A stretch of 64,000 nt of DNA from Paramoeba atlantica (lineage: Eukaryota > Protista > Discosea), in assembly GCA_977017575.1 (NCBI GenBank), contig CDRNVI010000030.1, forward strand, positions 310,001 to 374,000, given 5' to 3'. The first letter of the stretch is position 1. Each line of letters opens with the position of its first letter. The notes under the pieces were generated by a model. The model did not search any database. It was not told the origin of the DNA and saw only the letters and a list, made by a program, of their open reading frames with translations. The position numbers were made by a program, and so were the translations under genes. Shown here one piece after another: positions 45,338-55,899 of the stretch.

Positions 45338-45887
45338 ACTAGGGTCCGATGGGCTTCACAATCGGGAAGGGGGGGGGGGGGCGGAAACTGGGCCTTTGTA
45401 ACACCCTCAAAAAGCAGAGGCTACGCATTTACAAAAACCGAGTTCCGGACTCTATCGCGTTGGTGGTTCGGAATGGACGTCTTCCCTGAAGATCGGACCT
45501 GTCCAGCAGAAGGCTGCACACTTCCTTTCTATTTCTATTTCTATTTGTCAGGCCGTTTGTCCAACTAGGGATATGGCCTCACCAGAGAAGGCTGGTGCGC
45601 CCCTTCCAAGATTACTTTGGTGTCTGTTGTGCTCAGTCCAATCGAGAAAAGTCATCGAGTCAGCGACTGATTGGCGTGCACTAAGAACACCGATGAACCG
45701 TACGCTAGTTGCCTAGTGTCTCGTTATCTTGACACCGGGTGGCTCACCACGAGAAAGACGGCTACCCTAGTTGTTTAGTGCCTTGTTATGTTAGCACCGG
45801 GCAGTCTCTTTCCAAAAAGATTCCTAACACCCTAGTTATTTAGCGTCTCGTTTTGTTGACGCCGGGTGCTGGAATTTCAGAGCGATA

Positions 45888-46340
45888 GTGTCGAGCAAGG
45901 CCTTTCTTCAACCACAGAGAGAAAAGATTCTGGGAAACCGTGGCCCAGGAGGCGCTCTCGCTAGACCCGCAGATGTTTTTCTGCCCACTGGCTCTCTCGA
46001 GAAAGGGGTTCTGGCGAAAGGCATGGTATTAGATTTTGCCGTCACACATGCACAGCACATGAAGTACTTGGACTCAGTCCGTACTGCTAGCTGGGTGACG
46101 CCAGTATCTTTTGCCGGGCATTACGCCGAGACGAAGGCGCGGCAGCGACAAGAAGCGGAAGAGGCGGGACACCTTTTCGAAGCCATGGTCGTTGAATCCT
46201 TTGGCTCTTGGAGGGAAAGCGCACTCTCCGTTCTCCGGAATATTGGAACGCAACGGGCCAACGCGTCCAAAGAACTTTTATCCCAGTCAAGCGCAAAATG
46301 AGCTCCTTACAGAGCTGAACGTTGCCTTAATGCGTCCTCA
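45888..46340 (+). mobile_element. CRE-like RLE endonuclease fragment
   Basis: RPADVFLP...LDFAVTH...MVVESFGSW. Confidence 0.8.
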
Positions 46341-47109
46341 AGCAAGAATGATGGTTTCATGCATCTGCGTGCCGGATCCAACGGGCCCTATGGTAGTGAC
46401 GTAGGCCATGGGAAAACAAACTGCCGGCCCGGATGCTGATCGATGCCGACAGGGTCTATGCTCACGCCTAGCCCGCTAGGACTAGGTACCCCAAGTGAGG
46501 TAGGACATGGGTCGGGAACTAAAACTTCCTCCCCGTCGGCCAGCACCCTGTTTCGCGACCGTGCCGCTGTCGGCACAGGCCCGCGCCTGCGCCCTCCCGT
46601 ATAACAAGGAAAGGGTTCCCAAGTCAGGCCGAGGAGTGGTCGAAAGACCCGGTCCGGAACCTGCGCGAATGGCTTGTATTGCTTTTTTCTCTGTTTTTAT
46701 TTTTATTGCTTCATGTTAGCGGCATGATTTACATACAATTGCTAGTTTTGGGCTCACAAATTGCTAGTTATATTATATCTGTTGGAACATGACAACCCCC
46801 CCTATGGACCTTCATGGTTCATGTGTTGGGTAATATAGAGGCAATGCCGCGTTTCATACTTCTCCCCCCCCCTATTAATTTAAAAAATAAGAGTGTTGTT
46901 CAGTTGGGTAGGGAGTGAGGGAGGGATAGCATGAGAGGGTTACAGGAAGTAAGTAGGGTGAAAGGTTACTAAGGGTGAAGTGCTAGTAAGTGGGAAAGTT
47001 GGAAATGTAGATACAGAAAAGTTAGACTCAATACTACTCCCCCCTATTATTTGCAAGTATGGCCCCCTATTATTATAAGTATGCCCCCTATTATTATAAG
47101 TATGCCCCC

Positions 47110-47339
47110 TATTATTTGCAAGTAAGGATGTGCCCCATCGGTGCCGTAAACTGTGGGCCGAAATACTCACTGACACCTTGAGGTCAGCTGTAGTTGAAAA
47201 TTCAATTGCAGCCTGGACGCTCCTCGCTATGCTACCAAAGTGCGTATTACCGGCCCCTAAACGTGGTGGTCGCAAGGGTTACATGACCTATTCTTCTTTC
47301 GTCACCAAGTGCATGGATCGCTGGCTCGCCAAAGATTGA
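47110..47339 (+). mobile_element. Further family A fragment (pre-RT region)
   Basis: KDVPHRCRKLWAEILT matches KDVPHRCRQLWVKILT at ~37490; continues LLAMLPKCVLPAPKRGGRK. Confidence 0.8.
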
Positions 47340-47442
47340 TGCCCCCCCACGGCGACAAGGAACGCTCAACCCTGACCAAGTTGAGCCTTCCCGCTCGCCC
47401 CAGCGTTACGACAATCTTGACCTTGATAATGTAAGCCGTGCT

Positions 47443-48372
47443 ATGCGCTCAGATCAAAATGCCCATGGTATTTTAACGAATACGGCGAAAGAAGAATTTA
47501 TAAGCAAGGTCGTTGGACTTTTGCGCAAGGACTATGAAGTTAAAGTTGAGGCGGTGTGGTCCCGACCCGGCGACAACATACGACAGGCGGTCGTAGGGGA
47601 CATGCACCTAAAGTATCCGAACGATTCATCCTCCGTGGAACTGGTCGCAGAATGGGATGGGGATGTAAACACGTACTATCGTTTCCCTCTTCCTGACATC
47701 GTATATCATAGCTTGACTGTGGTCCGCGTTCGAGCTAATATGCCAGGTGACCAGCCAGCAGAAACTTTACTCCCCTCCTTCGAGCGTATCCGAATCACGG
47801 ACCCCAAAAGCTTCTCCGCCTACGACCCCGTTACGTGGCAACCGTGGATTTACACGGATGATATGTTCAAACCTCGGGAACTTATCCGTGAGCTGCGTGA
47901 GGCGCCGCTGCTTGGAGTCCGTTTCAACCCTCCTCCGCAGCGTGAACGTCTTTTCACGGTTCTCATTGAATGGATTTACGCCGCACGTCACACGGAGGAT
48001 TGGATGGAGAAGCATAACCTCGCAATAGCTGAGCTCATAATTGAGGAGCTCCGGAACCATTATTGGGCTGCTGCGGGTGTGGCCGTTGAGAGAGTTCAAC
48101 AGCGACTACATCGTGACGTTGATCCCAAGGGTCGTTATGGCCAGCTGGTGGTGGACGAGCAGCTCCGAGCTCGTACTCAAGTTCGTTCTTTCCATCGTCG
48201 CCCATTCTGTTTCTCATGTCGCCAACTGGGACATATTCGAGCGGACTGCCTAAACATGGGCCATGCTACCCAAACCCATTTCCGCTCCACCCCATCTGCG
48301 AATCAGGATTTTCGCGGAGGGGTGGCGGGCGGCGCCGTTCGTTATACCGGCGTAACACGGGGTTCCCACTAG
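47443..48372 (+). CDS. Gag-like ORF with CCHC knuckle (VIPER-like element D)
   Basis: CFSCRQLGHIRADC; paralog at 60556-61035. Confidence 0.82.
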   Translation: MRSDQNAHGILTNTAKEEFISKVVGLLRKDYEVKVEAVWSRPGDNIRQAVVGDMHLKYPNDSSSVELVAEWDGDVNTYYRFPLPDIVYHSLTVVRVRANMPGDQPAETLLPSFERIRITDPKSFSAYDPVTWQPWIYTDDMFKPRELIRELREAPLLGVRFNPPPQRERLFTVLIEWIYAARHTEDWMEKHNLAIAELIIEELRNHYWAAAGVAVERVQQRLHRDVDPKGRYGQLVVDEQLRARTQVRSFHRRPFCFSCRQLGHIRADCLNMGHATQTHFRSTPSANQDFRGGVAGGAVRYTGVTRGSH

Positions 48373-48375
48373 GGA

Positions 48376-49512
48376 ATGCCCCCCACCCCTACTACTCGTG
48401 CTCTTTGCCTCAGGCGGCAAAGGGCTCCTACCGTTCCGGCCCCAAAACAGCAAACGTTCAAAATAAATCCTCCGCTGCGGTGCCTTCGCCCTCCTCCTCC
48501 AGTCGATCTTCTCCCCCACGTGACTCTTCCCACCTCCTTTCCAGACCACCAGCCCAGAAGACCGCCCGCCACAGACGCACGCGCTACAGCAAAACCAACC
48601 GAAAGTCGGGACGCCATTCTCAGCGCCATCCTCCGCCTCCACCCCAACGACCCACGAACGCTACAACTAAACGAAGCTTTCGAACCAATGTGGGCCACGG
48701 CCACATGGACCACACGGGAACGAATATGGCTACGTATGCAGCAATACTGCGCGGCGAAGGGCGTGTCGGCGACACCCACAAACGCAATTCCTTTTCTAGA
48801 GATTCTCCCTCTAGCGACTTCGACACGCATGGGTTATGCAGGGGGTTGAAAACTTTGTATCAGCTAATGGGGGAAGAGGTAACCCCGTTAAAGCTATATA
48901 AAGGCCCTGCAAGCGCAGGGGGGACTGGAGCCAACGCGTCAAATGGAACCGATTACTCCCATACTGCTGGAAAAGTTAAGAAGCCAACTGAGTCACAAAG
49001 AGAGCATGTGTTGCCTCTTGTGCTGGAAGGTGGCGGGGCGAAGGACCGAGACTGCGGATCTACGAAGGAAACAATTCGTGAGTGTAAGCACACAAGAGAT
49101 AATAATTTATTGGGGAAGAGGCACCAAGACAACACGCCTAAATCCTTTTCGACCGTATCTTTCCGCCATAGTAACCGACCCAGGGACACCGCAACTCGCA
49201 CAACACGTGCAGGCCATGACCAACGGACAAAGGTTCTGCCATACGACAGTCCGCGAGATGGATCATCGAATTCATTCCATTCTAGGTCAAGGGTACGTTC
49301 TAGGTCAAGGGTACGGGACACACTCGATAAAGAGGGGCGTCATCACCCACCTTTTCCACGAGATCGCACGCGGAAACCTTCGTATGGAGGAGGTACAAAA
49401 TCTCACGAAACATCAAAACATCGAGTCACTGCTCCGCTACAATGCGAGCAGCATTACAACAGCTCGAGCCCTCGGAACACAGCGAGTATCAGCGCTCCTG
49501 CCGGTTCTTTAA
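48376..49512 (+). pseudogene. Tyrosine recombinase of element D (compensating frameshifts at ~48845 and ~48899)
   Basis: WKVAGR, HSIKRG, KHQ, LLRY. The overlapping -1 frame (48216-49688) ends in the RT N-terminal motif SLPLHVK. Confidence 0.85.
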
Positions 49513-50095
49513 CATCATCACACGTGGCGCAGTGCTTCAAAGAAGTACCCTATCTCCGTAGACATTCCATTGTTAGTGCACGACGTAGCTCGAGGCTAGC
49601 GAAGTCAAAAGATATGAGTTTGCCTTTACATGTGAAAAAGTCTATCCCTGTGATAAATTCGTACCTTGTTGACCCTTCTTTTTTTTAATTTTGACCCCTC
49701 CCAATGACCCCTTTCACCACTCCTTGGAGAAGAACCGCTCACGCGCGCCCTCCTGGCCGCCCATCTGGCTGCCCTCCTCGCCGCCCAATTCTCCGCCCTC
49801 CTTGCCCACCTTCTGCACCAACATTTTCGCCCCCTTCGCCTCCTCGCTCCCCCCTCTTCGCTGCACCCCCTTTCACCCCCAGCACTGCCCTCCTGGCAGT
49901 CTTCCCCTTCGCCCCCCCCCCCGAGTAGCCCTCTTCGCCCTACCCTTCACCCCCACTTCGCTATCGCTATCGCTGCGCTGCGCTCTTCGCTGCGCTCTCC
50001 GCCGCCCTTTCGCTCTCTGCCGCGCCCCGTTTTCGCCGGAATGGGTGACACCGCCCGGTATCTAATAAACAGTATTAATATACAGTAACTATATA

Positions 50096-50216
50096 TATTT
50101 CTTTTTTAGGCTCTTCGTTAAACGCGGTGGTTGCTTTCAACTTAGAAGTCACTCATGCTGCGCGCTTCGCGTTGAAAACTACCGCCGCGTTTAACGAAGA
50201 GCCTAAAAAAGAAAAT
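50096..50216. repeat. Foldback element: ~46-bp inverted arms around a ~29-nt spacer
   Basis: atttcttttttaggctcttcgttaaacgcggtggttgctttcaac versus gttgaaaactaccgccgcgtttaacgaagagcctaaaaaagaaaat. Confidence 0.85.
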
Positions 50217-50794
50217 TTAGCCTGGAAAACGGAAAGATTATAGCCAAAAATAGCCGAATTTCGGGTACAAATGGGGTCATTTTCGCATATTTTTGCTCTC
50301 AGAACACTAAATCCGACATTTGCGCGTGGGAAATCACTCGCAGGCATGAATGGAAGCCTACCGAACGTATTGGGTAGAGAATGCGACTCCAACCATACCA
50401 TTCTTTCGACACAAAAATGCCCTTTTAGGTCCGAAAAATACTTTTTCACCTTTTTTAGTCAAAAATGGGTCATTTTGGGGGGCGCACCACAGTTAGAAGA
50501 AGTGATACCTTGCGAAAACAACTGCGTAGAAAGCTAGTGTAGGTCCCAAACTATCAAAATACAATAGGGGAAACGATTTTGGAAAAATATTTTTTTTGTC
50601 ATTTTTTTCGCCAAGTTGAAATTTTTTTCAAAATTTTTTTTCCGAAAAAATCCGAACTTGGCGGACCCGTCCTGCGGATACGCGGGGGGGTCACCCCCGG
50701 GTAGGGGGGTGGAAAATGCGCGCCAAGACCCCGGCTACCCTTTCTGCGTTTTTTTTTCGAAAACTAATTTTTTCGAAAAAATTTGATCGACCAT

Positions 50795-50870
50795 GCCCCC
50801 CCCCCCCCTGGACCCCCCCCCTGGACCCCCCCCCTGGACCCCCCCCCCTGGCCCCCCCCCCATGGACCCC
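50795..50870. repeat. (CCCCCCCTGGA)n-type short tandem repeat
   Basis: About five degenerate units visible. Confidence 0.8.
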
Positions 50871-51329
50871 CCATTTTTTTCAAAAAATTTTTTCAGTTTT
50901 GGACCACCGGAGCCCCCTTTTATATTTTTTTCTTCTATTATATTACTGTGTTCCTCTTTATATTTTCACTGTTTTTGTTCACTTTTTTTTCAATAATCGA
51001 GTGTAGAGCGGTAGTTTTACAACCACCGCAACAGTATTAATATATACATGTAACAAGATACCAGATAACTAGGGTAGGTGTCACTCCGAGGACAGTTTTG
51101 TTAACGTGAGGGAGTGCGGGTCTGTGCCGTTGTGGCGGGTGGCCGGATAGGTACAACGCCTGCAAACGAGGAAGTCGCGTCCTCGGGCGTCTCCCAGCGA
51201 GAGGAGTCACCTTGCTGCTGCGGAGTGGCGAAATGCCTACCACGCGCAAGGTCCTGTGTAGGGAAGATTATTTCTTTCCTAGCAGTGGCACGACCCATCA
51301 GGGGCTTTCTCCCCTGCAGTGACCTTTCC

Positions 51330-51704
51330 TAGGGAAGAAGTGTCCCTTGCATTCCAAGCAGCAATGCGAACTTTGCAAGGGGCACGCGCTGGGCAAAACT
51401 TGAAACTTGAATGTCCTAAATCGGAACCTACACTTAGCGGATACGTCTGTCCCTCTCCCGAAGCCCACACGATGCATTTTAGCGGAATGGCGCGAAGTAT
51501 TGAAGAACGTGCCAATTGACCCTCCACCACATCCTGATGTGGTGCCGCATAAGCACCGCTTGTATACGGACGCCTCGAGTAAGGGATGGGGTGCTGTGTT
51601 ATACCTTGATGACGGCCAGGTTCAAATAACCGGTGACTCATGGCCCCCTGAATTCAAGTATGAGATAAACCACGCGGAAGCTAAGGCAGTCACAATTTGT
51701 GACA
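51330..51704 (+). mobile_element. RNase H fragment of a YR retrotransposon
   Basis: LYTDASSKGWGAV...INHAEAKAV. Confidence 0.8.
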
Positions 51705-51712
51705 CACCCTGG

Positions 51713-51790
51713 ATGTGGTAATGTGGTAATTTACCACATGTGTGGTAATAGGTGGTAATTACCACATTTCAATTACCCAATTACCACATT
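51713..51790. repeat. GTGGTAAT/ATTACCAC repeat cluster in both orientations
   Basis: Directly visible; resembles a transposon subterminal binding-site array. Confidence 0.7.
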
Positions 51791-52433
51791 CAAAAGCTAC
51801 CTGAGATTTGACGCACAATCGTCGACGTAACGTGTGGGTAACAGATCGTCTGGGGTTATCGGACGCCATCGCGTAGAATCGCGTGTCGAACAGGACGTCA
51901 TCGCGAAGAAACGCGAGTGTTTACCACGGAGCAGAGTATTTACGTGGAGGAAGATCCTAGTTACAAGAAAAATGAGTCCGGGAGGTAATCAAATTCATGT
52001 ACAAGAATACCTACATGTTTAGAAAAGTAGGGAAAGTTTATAAATTAATTTAAAAACATTACGATTAATGATGTGTTTAAAAATATAGCCTCAATGGCGT
52101 GTACGAATAATATGAAAAGTAGCGCGCGTTACAAAATTCAAATTAAGTGTTAGTGCGGGGGAAAAGTACAGCTCTCATGCTTCCTAGAAGCATCAAACAA
52201 ATCATGGAAAAAACCCCAAAACAAAATTTTTTGGTGTACACCCCCTAGGCCCACCGGAAGCCTACCCCCCAATTGTATTCCATATAACTACCTTTTTATA
52301 ACTATACTGTATGCTTCAATATAACTAATCTTGAAAAATACAAGCATAATAAGAAACTAAACGTGGTTAGATCACGTGCTGCAGAATTCAGGGATTTTTT
52401 AGGATATAATTTATAAAGAAAATGTAATTCAAA

Positions 52434-54180
52434 CTATATGTTGTGCTCCGATCCGCTAGGTTCTGTTTCATCTTCCCCTTCGCTTTTGTATCCGTCTTCA
52501 TTTGTCTGTGTATCGGCTGGAGCTTTACAAAGATAAGTCAATTTATTTAGATTACCTCGAAGAAACATTTGAGTGGCGATTACATCGCTATTAAGGGAGG
52601 CTTGACGCGGGTTATACTTCCATCCCATAATGGAAAGCAGGGAAAACGTCGTTTGCCACACCAACGCTAATGACGGGGTATTGTGCTGTCGGATGCTTCC
52701 TGCTCAAAAAAATGTGCAATGGAGAAAAACTCATTACTGCGCACCAATAATACATGTATGCTTTATTTTCAAGTCGCTGTTTATGCTTCTGTAGGGATTT
52801 TATTAACTCAGGATTAGCATTTTCCTTCTCACTTTCAGACTTCCATCGCTGTAAAATTGGATATGGGACCAACGCCATGGGCTCATTAGGCATATCTGAC
52901 AACTATTTCAACGACTTATGGACAACCTCTAACTGTTTTAATATTTCGCGTGCTTGTCCCATCAAATCTTGGGGGTCGCTTTCTTTTATAATTTCCGCAC
53001 ATTTCTTGATAGAATCCGACGCATTTCCCGAAGTAACTTCATCATATACAAACCGAGTAATGGTTGGGAGATTTTCTGCAATGTACTGCAAACTTTCGAA
53101 GCGGCCGGTACACCATCTGGTAGCTCCACCCAATTTAGGGGCAGGTAATTTATTTATTCGCTTCGTGCGTTCCACAGCTTCCATGATCAACGGGCCTTTT
53201 TCTACTAGTTCAAAGTGCTTTTCCTCAAAGGTACCATTCCCGCGTAACGTCATAAGAAGAGACTGCACAGGCTCTACACATACATTTTTAATAATTTCAA
53301 GAGCGCTGCAAAGATCATTGACATGAGATGAACGGAATTCGTTGGGCACATTGATATCCCCCAGAATTTGGTACCATTGAGAGAACAGTTGCACAGCATC
53401 ACGGGTTTCTTCATCCACGGAGCACAAGATTTCTTCGATCGCACGTCCCATATACTTACCTTTCTTTGCACTCGGTTTTCCTCCTGACCAGAAAATATGC
53501 GCAAAGGCATCTCTGAGACACATAACGGGTAATGATTGATACGGTACAATAGTATCTCCGGCAATTAGGTTGAGAATGTGTCCGAAGCACGATAATTCTT
53601 TCACGCACGGTACAGCCATGCGAATCCCATTACACACGTTTGTGACATCCTCAGTCCCGACAGGAGATATTCGATCATAAATATCACAAAGTTCACGCTC
53701 CGTGGCCTGTCGTGCAACGTGATTCACGCCGCACCCATCGACCATGAAGTAACGAAGCTTTTGAACTCCGTCACCTAGGCCGCTGCGTAGCATACTAACG
53801 ATAGATTTCGCCATCTCAATCCCATTAAAAGCTTTGAAACGTTTGTGATAGATTGGAGGCAGAACAAACGAATTGGCTCCTGCGTACAAAACACTGACTA
53901 ATATGTTTTGATGCTTCACGTTGTCGATCCCTCCGTCCACAGCTATACCAAAGAAGGCGCTTTCAGAAACCGTCTTGTGGACTAGCTCCCATATTTCGGT
54001 AGCCAGGCCTTTCTCGGAGAGGTGGAATTTTTTGGCGCACGGTAGCTTCGAAATAATTTGGTCCGGGGAAATGTCAGGGCGTGCTCCTTCGTATGCACTT
54101 ACGAACTTGAGAAGGCCCTCGGTCGATAAATTTGCCTGTGCTCCGAGGCACGGCAATGCTTTCGAAAGAAAAGTTTGAGC
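52434..54180 (-). pseudogene. hAT-like transposase, 5'-truncated and frameshifted
   Basis: IAVDGG; MVDG; CFGHILNL; ATRW; C-terminal ...TFSLL...RQASLNSDVIATQMFLRGN dimerisation-domain pattern. Confidence 0.8.
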
Positions 54181-55800
54181 CGTGAGCCCCACTCAAGTAC
54201 TTCAGGAAAGAAAGGGCAAAGAGTCAGTCGATGTGTCGGAAAGCCACGTACGGCTTCGGCAGAGAGTGAAACAGATGTTCGAAAAATCAGGCAGAAATGC
54301 GGTTGCTTGCCTTCAGATTTGGAGGGAAAATTACAAGCCCTCAACAGCGGCAATGTACGGCAGAGTTCTGCAGAGCATGTTTACCAATTCTTACCCAGGC
54401 CAATACAAAGTTCTTCTAAAATGCGTCAGGAAGGAAGGAGGGCTAAAGGCGTTAGCTCGAGCTGTGCCCATATCGGCCGAAAGTGTACTCAATATTGTGC
54501 AGTCAGGTACGGAGGCTGCGTCGACAATATTGATAATGTATCTGAGTGCGTCGAGGCATCAAGATCTACACAGGCTGTGGAAATACAGTTAGGCGCCCCG
54601 CCTTCTGACCTTGGAGTGGAAGACCTGGAAATGCGATCGCTATGGCGATCGTGCCTTCACACAATACCCGGAAATTCCACGGGAATTGTGGGACGTGATT
54701 CCAAATCGAAGTCGTTTTGCGACGTACAGGTGCACGTATGCGGCACTCAAACGGGAGAATCGACTTCTTACTCCACATTCTTGTCGCAGAGGTGCAGCAA
54801 AGTCCTTGGCCGAAATGGGATTCCGTATGGACGAGATAGAGCTTGCGACGGGCATTACGCCACAAGGCACGACTGCTGGTCGGGGAGCTCGACGATACGT
54901 GGATCCGACTCCTTCCCAGAAGGAAGGGAGGTTACAACGGCGCATGTCGCGATGTTTGGCAGCACAGATTCTGAAAATTTGGAACCCAATTGCTGCAGGT
55001 CGGAGAAAACAGTTCTGATACGACCCATACCTTGTCCATACCCTCTCTGGGAATGTCCAAATCACATTTTAAAAGCCCTGTGTGAAGATGATGAACCGGT
55101 GCACTTTGCTGTTTCGATGTTCTCTTCGGATTTTGCCTCACGCATTGGGATCTATGATTCTGAGTTTGACTGGAAAGCTCCAAATCGCAAACCCATTCCG
55201 TGTCAGTTACCTCTTGCATCGGTATGTCACACGAGGATTGACTTGAAATACATATTACAGATCGACGCTTCCCTAGAACTGTGAAACTTTTTGGCTTGGA
55301 TAATGATGGACAGGGTTGCTCGCATTGTCGATAATCTTCAGGGCCCAATTCTCGGTAAAAACTTTGTATCTAGACATTTGCTTCGGGAAATGCCACAGTT
55401 GGTGGAAAACGGAATATTTTCGGAGGTTGATAAACACTCTACCCGAATAAATGTACCATTATTCAAAGTGCCTAAGTCGGGAGCCATGAATTCGCGACTT
55501 ATTGGTGATTGCAGGGCCTTGAACAAGTTGCTTCCACGACCGGGAGATATGCGGCTACCGCTGATTGAACGCGTTTTATTTGCAATGTTGGAACCTCGTT
55601 TCTTGTTCCAGCGAGACGGGAAGTCGTTCTTCTATCAGTTTGAGCTGCATGAATCATTTGCTAATGTACTTTGTTCCAAAGTTGGGGATCAACGTGGACT
55701 GTTCAAAACGTTTCGTTGGAATGTTTTGCCCATGGGTTTTTCGTTCGCCCCCGGAATTGCACAGCATACATCTTTAGCTGTGTCTCAGGCGGCCGTAGCC
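54175..55800 (+). mobile_element. Divergent YR-RT retrotransposon fragment (VIPER/TATE-like order)
   Basis: YR: SASRHQD...HSCRRGA...RRY with an in-frame TAG at 54590. RT: FKVPK...RLIGDCRALN...DGKSFFYQF...LPMGFSFAP. Confidence 0.85.
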
Positions 55801-55899
55801 AAACATCCCGGTTCGACTTTGATTCCATTGGCTTACTGTGCGGAGGGTTGGCATTGGCTCATGGTCAAGATCGCTGTCGGTAGAGATGCATATCGTTTG

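Noticed and set aside
46540-46690. HDV-like ribozyme in the GC-rich 3' region of the CRE RLE fragment (GCGAAT plus a plausible P2)
   Set aside because: No matching P1 5' strand or P1.1 GG could be found; probably just a structured 3' UTR.
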